Positions 17,138 through 24,881 of a stretch of 24,881 nt of DNA are shown here, piece by piece. A model generated the notes under the pieces. That model ran no database searches, was not told where the DNA came from, and was given only the letters and a program-made list of their open reading frames with translations. Made by a program: the position numbers and the translations under genes. Every line of letters begins with the position of its first letter. The first letter of the stretch is position 1. This DNA comes from a virus (lineage: Duplodnaviria > Caudoviricetes): positions 1-24,881 of the IMG/VR virus record IMGVR_UViG_3300037991_008248, one strand, 5' to 3'.

Positions 17138-18949
17138 ATGGCATTAAGAGATCATCGTTTTTTAAAAGGATTTAGAGGGCAGATCGCAGGACACGATCTT
17201 TTGCAAGACGAAAATGCCCAAATAGAAATTAAGTCTGATTACGGTTTTATGACAGGAATAGTCAAAGACGTAATTTCAAATCCTTATGAATATCTATCAA
17301 GAAAATTAGACGGGACAGATCATTCATTGAAAGACGTCTTAAGTGGAAAGATCAAGCCCGAAATATCGATCGGTAACAAACCGCCCGAACCTTTTGATTA
17401 CTCAGCAAATATTGAGAATTCAGAATTAATAGAAACGATGCCTATTAATTCTATTTTTGCTTACATTGTTGATGGTTATCATGCAAGAGATACGGGTAAA
17501 TATGTCATCTGTTATCCTTTCTTTCCTCCGCATATATCATTACCTTTAAAACCTGGTGAATACGTCTGGATTGTAACAGAGACAATCGGAGATTTAAAAT
17601 ATTACTACTGGTTTTGTAGAAAAGTGGCTCCGATCCAAATAGATGATATTAACTTTACTAATTTTGAGAGAATACCTGCAATTAATGATTTATTATCTGT
17701 TAAAGAAAAAGACAATCAAACAGATTATCCACTAAACGACGCGTATTCGCTAGATGAAGTAACTGATCGATATAACAATCAAATAAAAGGGACAGCAGAA
17801 GGTGGTACGAACTTTCCAGAACCACTCTCTGATTTATTTAAAAATTCTTACGCTTTCAACAAGGAGTTTACAGGAGAGCCGACGCCTAGAATGGCCAAAG
17901 ATTGCGGTGATTTGTTGTTGCAGGGTTCAAATAACGCCGGCTTGCAGATAACAACAGAAAAGTTTATGCCAACCACACAACCTTTAGGGCCTTATACGCT
18001 AGGGAACGATGTCAACGTCAATGACAAACCTAATTCAGCAGCTGTTGATATTTTTGTTGGTCGCAAAAAGTCTTCTAGGGCGGCTATTGGTTTCTCCGGT
18101 AGGGGAACTTTTCTTGATGATAAAAGAGAAAAGACAGAAAAAATGAATTTTGCAGCAAACAATTCTGAAGATTCTATTTTTGACTTTATTGAAAATGATA
18201 AGATTGCAGATATTAGGCTTGGCGATCCGGATGTTTATCAAAGTGAACTTAATGATAATGCATTGGATGCTACTGATATTGCAGCGAGATTATACTTATC
18301 ACATGATTCGAGCCCGGATATTATTTTTGGTTCTGCTTTTGATGTTCTGACACCGTACTCAGGTGAGTCGATTGTTTCATACGCAAATCACAATCGAATA
18401 GTAGGGGACATCGACGCGAGAATGGTGTCAATTCAAGGGGAATCTTTTGTCGATCTAGACCCACACGGTAACGTTGTTATTAAGTCATCTATTAATGGTG
18501 GTCAACAATTCTTAAGTCTAAGTAATCAAGGAATCACTAGGCTCCAAGCAAGAAAAGAAATGCATTTAGCAGTTCGAGGTGGAGGAGAAAAACCAGACGA
18601 ACCTTTTATACTATACAGTAAATTAGCGCCTATTCTTAAAAAAATGGGTGGCGATATTGCATTTTTAAATCAAGTAATAGAAATACTATTAAATGCCCTC
18701 TCAGCTATACCTCCCATTGGTGCATTTAAAAATGCAATAGACGGAGCAAGACAATCAGCCCAACAAGCCGGCCCAATTACAATACAGATCCCCGAATACA
18801 CAGACGATGATGGGAATACTTTCCCAGCGGACACAATCTCAGTTCCTACTGAATTGTTAGGCAATAATATCAATAATGGAAACTTCACTTCAGAATTATC
18901 ATCACCAGTAGATAATGATATTAAATCTACTAAAATTTTTGGTGAATGA
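17138..18949 (+). CDS. Putative baseplate hub/central spike (gp5/gpV-like)
   Basis: OB-fold-like GIVKDV...PLKPGEYVWI, then GDLLLQG and a beta-rich segment. Directly upstream of gp25. AGGAG SD. Confidence 0.55.
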   Translation: MALRDHRFLKGFRGQIAGHDLLQDENAQIEIKSDYGFMTGIVKDVISNPYEYLSRKLDGTDHSLKDVLSGKIKPEISIGNKPPEPFDYSANIENSELIETMPINSIFAYIVDGYHARDTGKYVICYPFFPPHISLPLKPGEYVWIVTETIGDLKYYYWFCRKVAPIQIDDINFTNFERIPAINDLLSVKEKDNQTDYPLNDAYSLDEVTDRYNNQIKGTAEGGTNFPEPLSDLFKNSYAFNKEFTGEPTPRMAKDCGDLLLQGSNNAGLQITTEKFMPTTQPLGPYTLGNDVNVNDKPNSAAVDIFVGRKKSSRAAIGFSGRGTFLDDKREKTEKMNFAANNSEDSIFDFIENDKIADIRLGDPDVYQSELNDNALDATDIAARLYLSHDSSPDIIFGSAFDVLTPYSGESIVSYANHNRIVGDIDARMVSIQGESFVDLDPHGNVVIKSSINGGQQFLSLSNQGITRLQARKEMHLAVRGGGEKPDEPFILYSKLAPILKKMGGDIAFLNQVIEILLNALSAIPPIGAFKNAIDGARQSAQQAGPITIQIPEYTDDDGNTFPADTISVPTELLGNNINNGNFTSELSSPVDNDIKSTKIFGE

Positions 18950-18979
18950 TACTTATAGATATAGAGTAAAGAGATCATT

Positions 18980-19468
18980 ATGGGACATTCACAATTTAAA
19001 TTTAAAAGTAGCGGTATACGAACTGATAACAGGCAGTTTACACCTAAAGTTTCAGTAAAGCGACCGTTCGGTATCAAAACTCCCTTGGAAGAGGGCGACG
19101 ACATTTTTAAAATGCATACAAATCCGATTAGACAAATTGCAGATAATTTTAGAAATTTGATCATGACTAATCATGGAGAAAGACTAGGGCTTTATGACTA
19201 CGGTGCAAACTTAAACTCACTTGCCTTCGAGTATAGCAATTTACCAAATTTTGAAAGTATTGTGGGTGATTCAATCATAACAGTTGCTGGCAAATATATG
19301 CCAAATGTTAACGTAATCAACGTATCAGCTAAAAAAATAGATGTTAACGAAAAAAATGAGCTCAATAGACTCGGTTTAACTAAGATAACAGTATTGGTAG
19401 AATATGTCATACCACGGTTGAATTCTCCAAAATTAGGGATCGAAGTCGACATATTAGTAGGAGGTTAA
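18980..19468 (+). CDS. Baseplate wedge protein gp25/GPW-like
   Basis: QIADNFRNLIMTNHGERLGLYDYGANL and KYMPNV match the gp25 family pattern (L.T..GER....YG..L). Confidence 0.85.
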   Translation: MGHSQFKFKSSGIRTDNRQFTPKVSVKRPFGIKTPLEEGDDIFKMHTNPIRQIADNFRNLIMTNHGERLGLYDYGANLNSLAFEYSNLPNFESIVGDSIITVAGKYMPNVNVINVSAKKIDVNEKNELNRLGLTKITVLVEYVIPRLNSPKLGIEVDILVGG

Positions 19469-19469
19469 T

Positions 19470-21317
19470 TTGGCTAGAAATATTAAAAAAGAGGTAAAAA
19501 AGCTAAAAGAGGTAAGTTATACTAGTAAGGATTTTACCTCATTAAGAAACGACCTCCGAAGATATATGCAAACTCACTTTAGTGATAGCGTATTAGACTT
19601 TTCCGATGCAAGTTTACCTGGAATGCTTGTTGACCTAGGAGCGTATGTTGGTGATGTGATGACGTACTATTTAGATCACCAGTTTAATGAAATAAGTATT
19701 GAAACAGCTGTTGAGAGAGAAAACTTAGAAAGGTTGATCAGAGAAGCTGGCATCAGAATACCTGCTGCTTCTCCTGCTTATACTGAGGTTGATCTAACTA
19801 TAAATGTACCTGCTTCACTGATTAATGGTGAGTACTTACCGGTAAATAATTCACTCCCAACAATAAAAACAAATTCTATATTTTCAACAGCCGATGGTAC
19901 ACAATTTTATCTACTTGAAGACGTAGATTTTTCAGAAAAGGACGACGACGGAAAATTAATTGCAGAAAGAGAAATTGCCAGTATTACTTCATCTGGTGTG
20001 ATTAACAATTATTTTTTAACTAGAAAGGCAATTGTATCTAGCGCTAAAATAAAAACAGCGACATTTGACATAGAAGACAATTTAATACCGTTTAGAACTT
20101 TGACGTTGAGCGAAGATAACGTCAACGAAATTGTTTCTGTTGTCGACAGTCTGGGAGATAATTATTACGAAGTAGATAGCTTGTCTCAAGATACGGTTTT
20201 TAGAGCAATTGAAAACTCTAGGGTGGATAAGACAGAAACACCTTTTAGAATGGAACTTATGCACGCACCTAAAAGATTTGTGACAATCCGAAGTATTAAT
20301 ACAGGAAAAACAACTTTAAGGTTTGGGTCAGGCAACGAAGACAGTTTTGATGAAGACGTAATTCCCGATCCTAGTGAACATGCAATTAGACTTTTCGGTG
20401 ACAGAAAAACATTTTCAAATGTAACTATTGATCCGAACAGTTTCTTAACGACGCAAACCCTAGGTATATCTCCTAAAAATACAACTTTGACAATTACATA
20501 TCGTTGTGGTGGAGGTGTTAATCATAATGTATCAGCAGGAGCAATCAATTCTATCAACACATTGATAACTAATTTTCAGACAAGCACACCGCCGTCAACA
20601 GAAGCTTCAGTTAGGGCGTCTCTTCAGGTAATAAATTTAAAAAATGCCACCGGTGGAGAAGACGAACCGTCGCTAGAGGAAATGAGGCAAATCGCAATCT
20701 TTAATAGAAGTTCACAAAATAGAATCGTGACACGCGAAGACTTGATTGCCAGAATCTACTCCATGCCGGCAAAATTTGGGCGTGTTTTTAGAGCATCTGT
20801 TTCTGATAATCCTAGAAATCCTCAAGCAGCTCAACTTCATATCATATCAAGAAACAGTAAAAACAAGCTTACAATATCTTCAGACACTCTTAAACAAAAT
20901 TTAGCAAAGTACCTTAACGATTTTAGAATAGTGTCAGACTCGATTGACATCATGGATTCAATCATTGTAAATATCGGTATTGATTTTAGTGTTACTGTTG
21001 AAAAAGGTTATCGACAAGACATAGTTCTATCTTCACTCAATGAGAAAATAAAAGAATTGACAAAAATACAGAATCAACAGATTAATAAACCTATAATCAT
21101 CAGCGAAATTGAAAATATCATTTTAAACACACCGGGTGTTGTAAGTTTGTTAAGTTTAAATATTTTAGGAAGATCAGGAATAGAAAACGGTAATGCATAC
21201 AATAATTATAAATTTAACGTTTTACAGCACCTTGACAGAGGCATGCTGTTTCCCCCTATAGGTGGAATATTTGAGATAAAATATCCAAACGATGATATTA
21301 TGGGAAGGGCAGTTTAA
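19470..21317 (+). CDS. Baseplate wedge subunit (T4 gp6 / baseplate J-like)
   Basis: YTSKDFTSLR, DFSDAS, YYLD, TA.ER, ATGGEDE, QNRIVTRED and TPGV motifs. TTG start with GGAGG SD. Confidence 0.85.
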   Translation: MARNIKKEVKKLKEVSYTSKDFTSLRNDLRRYMQTHFSDSVLDFSDASLPGMLVDLGAYVGDVMTYYLDHQFNEISIETAVERENLERLIREAGIRIPAASPAYTEVDLTINVPASLINGEYLPVNNSLPTIKTNSIFSTADGTQFYLLEDVDFSEKDDDGKLIAEREIASITSSGVINNYFLTRKAIVSSAKIKTATFDIEDNLIPFRTLTLSEDNVNEIVSVVDSLGDNYYEVDSLSQDTVFRAIENSRVDKTETPFRMELMHAPKRFVTIRSINTGKTTLRFGSGNEDSFDEDVIPDPSEHAIRLFGDRKTFSNVTIDPNSFLTTQTLGISPKNTTLTITYRCGGGVNHNVSAGAINSINTLITNFQTSTPPSTEASVRASLQVINLKNATGGEDEPSLEEMRQIAIFNRSSQNRIVTREDLIARIYSMPAKFGRVFRASVSDNPRNPQAAQLHIISRNSKNKLTISSDTLKQNLAKYLNDFRIVSDSIDIMDSIIVNIGIDFSVTVEKGYRQDIVLSSLNEKIKELTKIQNQQINKPIIISEIENIILNTPGVVSLLSLNILGRSGIENGNAYNNYKFNVLQHLDRGMLFPPIGGIFEIKYPNDDIMGRAV

Positions 21318-22843
21318 TGCAAAGAATCTTATCAGCCTCTAAAGACACATATATAACTAATAAAATTATAAACAATAAATTCAGAGCAACTGACGCTAAT
21401 GTTGGTAATGCGGGTACTCTTGATCTATTTAAGCTCTATAAAGAGAATACAATTTCAGGTGAAGAAAACCCTATTGAAAATTCCCGATTGCTAATAAAAT
21501 TCCCAATCATGGAAATAAAATCCATGGATGACGATGGATTAATAGACGTTAATGATCCAAGCTTTAAATGTACATTAAACTTACACGATGTGTACGGAGG
21601 CCAAACAACCCCAAGAAATTTCAAGGCAATTCTTTTTCCTTTAGCACAAAGTTTCACAGAGGGAATAGGACTCAATGTTGTTTCTTTTTCTGATTTAGAT
21701 GCAACAAACTACATAACAGCATCAATTGTTAACGGTCAGCCAGTTACATGGAATGAACCAGGAGCCATGGCATCAGGAAGCTTAGGTGATTCTAATATTG
21801 ATGTAATTGTAAGCGGTTCATTAGCAGGTCCGAGTGGAACGTCAACTGTCTCGCTATCGCCATACCAAGAATTCATAACAGGTGAAGAAGATTTAAAATT
21901 AGACATAACGACTATAGTCTCTGGGACAGTTAGCGGACAGATTCCCAATCATGGATTTTTGATCGGTCTGTCGGGAAGTTACGAAAAAAATGATAAAACT
22001 TATTTTGTAAAAAGATTCGCATCAAGAAATGTCCAAGTTGCATCGTTAAGACCTAAATTAAAAATGCAATTTGACGACACTATACAAGATAGTCATAGTG
22101 ACATGATATTTAATGTTTCATCATCATTGTACTTGAGAAATTATCATCAGGGTAATTTGGAAAATATCTTATCAGGAAGTTCTGCGACACAATTAACCGG
22201 TGCGAATTGCATGATATTGAAATTGGAAAGTGGAAGCTTTAAAAGGACTTATGACGTATCACAAGCTTTGCGAGGTCGACACAGAATACGAGGGGTTTAT
22301 TCTTCTTCATTAGCAGTTTCTAGCTTTGAAAACGAATTATATAAGCAAGCTAATTTGACAGGATCAATCAAATTTAATGAAATATGGACCAATGCTGCAG
22401 AAACAGTAACATATTTATCTTCATCAATAACATTTAAAAAAGAAGGAAGAAGTAAGTCTAATTTACAAAATCAAAATAATCTACTTGTAACCGTACTAAA
22501 TGCCAATGAAGAATATCGACAAGGAGAAATTGTAAATATTCGTGTATTTGCTGAGAATAGAGACAGAGACATTGTTTTTGTTAGATCACCATATGAAAAG
22601 AAAAGTCAAATATTCAAAGAAATGTTTTATAGAATCCGCGATGTTAACGATGGAAAAATTATAATTGACTTTGATAAGACAAATAACTCTACAAAATTAT
22701 CAACAGACGAAGATGGCATGTTTTTTCAATTTTACACTGATTCTTTAGTTAGAGGCCGTGTGTATTCTTTTGACTTTTTAATTAGGCGAAACGGAGCAGA
22801 CACAGTTATTAAAGATGCAGCATCGAAGTTTAGGATAGTATAG
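21317..22843 (+). CDS. Putative virion structural protein (beta-rich, DNRLRE-like N-terminal domain)
   Basis: ASKDTYI...SRLLIKF...RPKL pattern, Ser/Gly-rich. TAATG-coupled to the baseplate wedge gene. Confidence 0.55.
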   Translation: MQRILSASKDTYITNKIINNKFRATDANVGNAGTLDLFKLYKENTISGEENPIENSRLLIKFPIMEIKSMDDDGLIDVNDPSFKCTLNLHDVYGGQTTPRNFKAILFPLAQSFTEGIGLNVVSFSDLDATNYITASIVNGQPVTWNEPGAMASGSLGDSNIDVIVSGSLAGPSGTSTVSLSPYQEFITGEEDLKLDITTIVSGTVSGQIPNHGFLIGLSGSYEKNDKTYFVKRFASRNVQVASLRPKLKMQFDDTIQDSHSDMIFNVSSSLYLRNYHQGNLENILSGSSATQLTGANCMILKLESGSFKRTYDVSQALRGRHRIRGVYSSSLAVSSFENELYKQANLTGSIKFNEIWTNAAETVTYLSSSITFKKEGRSKSNLQNQNNLLVTVLNANEEYRQGEIVNIRVFAENRDRDIVFVRSPYEKKSQIFKEMFYRIRDVNDGKIIIDFDKTNNSTKLSTDEDGMFFQFYTDSLVRGRVYSFDFLIRRNGADTVIKDAASKFRIV

Positions 22844-22844
22844 T

Positions 22845-24881
22845 ATGTCAAAAAGTTTATTGCAGAGACAGCAAGGAAGGTTATTTGAACCTAAGTTTAC
22901 AAGGCAGAATAAACAGTCTTCTAATTACCTTAATAGTCAATTCGAATTTAAAGATAATGAATACTTTAATAATACAAACATTGAAAGTAGTTCTTCTTTT
23001 AGATACGGCAACACAGAAGGATTAGTTTCAACACAACAGTTAAGAGTAGATTACTCTAAATATGAAAATCATACTTTTTTTCACTCTGCTGTTGCAAATG
23101 TAAACGAAGCTTTTGATAAGATCGTTAACTTTTATCCATTTGAAAAAAGTAGAAAATTAATTGAGAAATACGAAGATGACCTCACAGGTTTTGAAAAGTA
23201 TGTCCTAGATAAATTCCCAAAGAATGTTGGATATCTTAACTTTTCCGGAACAGTTGTGGGTGAATCTTTAAATAACGGAACTCAAATAAATGTTAAAGAC
23301 CGGTCTGGCGCTTCAATTAAATCAATATCTGATACACCAACAGGTTCACCTGTATTAGATCCTAATAATTCTCCATTTTGTCTGGAGATGTTTTTAAAAG
23401 TGCCGACACAGTCTAATGACAATCAAATAGTTGTACAAAAGTTTGGAAGTTTGGCAAATAATTTTACAATTGCTCTTTCTGAATCAAATTCATCGACAAG
23501 TTGTGAATTACACTTTTTTATAACATCCGGGTCTAGTCATAACATAGTATCCGGTTCTCTAAAAAAAGGGTCATTTAGTCACGTGCATGCAATGTTTGAT
23601 CCCTTCAACGACAGGCGAGTTAAGCTGATAATTGATGACAATATCTACTCTTCGAGTTTGCAAACTTCTTTTGGCAAGCTTAATTATAACGCTGCTGATA
23701 TGACGATAGGTGTGGGCCAGACTGCTCGTGTAGGTGCTAGTCTGTTTACAAATAAGCAAACATTTTCCGGTTCGATAGATGACTTGAGGTATTTTCACAA
23801 TATCTTTCCAGTGAAAGACATAAAACAGAGAAAAATTAAAAGCTATTATTCAGGAGAGAATGATCATCTCAAACTTTATTACCGCTTCAATGAACCACAT
23901 GGTGCGCACAGCGGCAATAACATCCTTTTTGATGCATCCGGAAACTCTTTACATTCAAAAATAGATAATTTTTCATCTGATTTAAGATTAACTGGATCTG
24001 ATAATCCTGTTTTGTCAGAAAATATTAATCGCAACCCAATTTTATTTCCGACATTTAGTGACGTAATAAGTCTAAACACAAGACTTTTGACAACGGCCTC
24101 CTTATATGACGAATATAACCCAAACTTAATAACAAAGCTAATACCACAGCATTACTTTCAAGAAGGTACAAATTTTAGAGATTATAGTCAGGAATTAGAA
24201 AGAATGGAAAATAACTTTTCCACGTTTTCATCAAATAATCCCGGACAAAGTAAATCAGAAATACCTGGAGTTCAACTTCTAATAAAACTTTTGCTTAGTT
24301 ATGCTAAGTTTTTTGATGAATTGAAACTTTATATAGACGCTGTATCAAGTTATCGTTACACGATGTATGAAGATTATGACACAACACCTGATCCATTTTT
24401 GGTCAGAAAAGCAAAACTACATAATATAAAATTACCTGCGATGTTTTCATATAGTGACATTGATCAGGTGTTAGAAGGGGTAAATTTAAACAAGCTAGGG
24501 GGTTTGTCAGCGCTTAACTTGAATCAAATACAGAATTTAATTTGGCGAAGAATAATTACAGATGCGCCTAGGATGAATCAATCAAGAGGAACTGCTAGGT
24601 CAATTAAGAGCATATTTAGAAATGCAGGAATAGAACCTGATAATATCTTAACCTTTAGAGAGTATGGCGGCTCAAAAGAAAAGTCTTTAGACGCGTCAAG
24701 AGAAATGACCAGAGATGTTTACAGATTTTTAAGCTTCACTGGATCTATTAATAATTCGACAACTAATTTAACATATCAAGGTTACCCAAAAGATTCAGAA
24801 ATACCTTATCTTAAAAGCAAGTTTCTTTCAGGCTCGCGGGTCCAGATTGGAGCTCCTGAAGCGAGCGGTCAGTTTGTTAAC
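22845..24881 (+). CDS. Large virion/baseplate protein with LamG/concanavalin-like domain and gpI/gp7-like segment; truncated at window edge
   Basis: Hand translation gives an uninterrupted frame from ATG 22845 to the end (679 codons, absent from the ORF track). LamG motifs FSGSIDDLRYF, LKLYYRFNE and DASGN. IWRRI...SRGTARSIKSIFR...REYGG resembles tail protein I/gp7. Confidence 0.75.
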   Translation, partial: MSKSLLQRQQGRLFEPKFTRQNKQSSNYLNSQFEFKDNEYFNNTNIESSSSFRYGNTEGLVSTQQLRVDYSKYENHTFFHSAVANVNEAFDKIVNFYPFEKSRKLIEKYEDDLTGFEKYVLDKFPKNVGYLNFSGTVVGESLNNGTQINVKDRSGASIKSISDTPTGSPVLDPNNSPFCLEMFLKVPTQSNDNQIVVQKFGSLANNFTIALSESNSSTSCELHFFITSGSSHNIVSGSLKKGSFSHVHAMFDPFNDRRVKLIIDDNIYSSSLQTSFGKLNYNAADMTIGVGQTARVGASLFTNKQTFSGSIDDLRYFHNIFPVKDIKQRKIKSYYSGENDHLKLYYRFNEPHGAHSGNNILFDASGNSLHSKIDNFSSDLRLTGSDNPVLSENINRNPILFPTFSDVISLNTRLLTTASLYDEYNPNLITKLIPQHYFQEGTNFRDYSQELERMENNFSTFSSNNPGQSKSEIPGVQLLIKLLLSYAKFFDELKLYIDAVSSYRYTMYEDYDTTPDPFLVRKAKLHNIKLPAMFSYSDIDQVLEGVNLNKLGGLSALNLNQIQNLIWRRIITDAPRMNQSRGTARSIKSIFRNAGIEPDNILTFREYGGSKEKSLDASREMTRDVYRFLSFTGSINNSTTNLTYQGYPKDSEIPYLKSKFLSGSRVQIGAPEASGQFVN

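Noticed and set aside
857-24079. Many short minus-strand ORFs and two short alternate-frame plus ORFs (9150, 18150) in the track
   Set aside because: All lie within or across well-supported plus-strand genes and lack motifs. They are shadow ORFs.
17138-24881. Extracellular contractile injection system or T6SS
   Set aside because: gp25 and J-like genes are shared with these systems. The gp6-like size, gp55-like sigma, Cas4-like nuclease and absence of Afp/Tss-specific genes favour a myovirus, though no capsid gene is in the window.
1-24881. Stop-codon reassignment, introns/inteins, tRNAs or intrinsic terminators
   Set aside because: TAA, TAG and TGA all end genes at sensible boundaries. Genes are uninterrupted, intergenic gaps are under about 60 bp, and no convincing cloverleaf or hairpin-polyT was seen by eye.

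Overview
A gene-dense, AT-rich segment with all credible genes on the + strand, most consistent with a large lytic myovirus (jumbo-type phage) genome. The left ~10 kb is a glycan-biosynthesis island. It holds an apparently complete CMP-Kdo-type pathway (SIS isomerase, KdsA, HAD phosphatase, NeuA-type cytidylyltransferase), two putative glycosyltransferases and three SAM methyltransferases. It also holds an MBL-fold/Rieske (CMAH/Rv3818-like) oxygenase, a short UDP-glucose dehydrogenase and an SDR epimerase. Next come a QueF-like protein lacking its catalytic Cys, a ferredoxin, SAH hydrolase (ahcY), a cytidyltransferase, a Cas4-like nuclease, two GT4 glycosyltransferases and a phage sigma-like factor. 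A baseplate module (spike/hub, gp25, gp6/J-like, two large virion proteins) runs off the right edge. The most interesting hypothesis is a self-contained phage system that makes a modified Kdo-containing glycan, possibly for virion glycosylation. Two virion proteins are strongly enriched in [S/T]GS tripeptides that could be acceptor sites. All family calls come from motif recognition by eye, not database searches.
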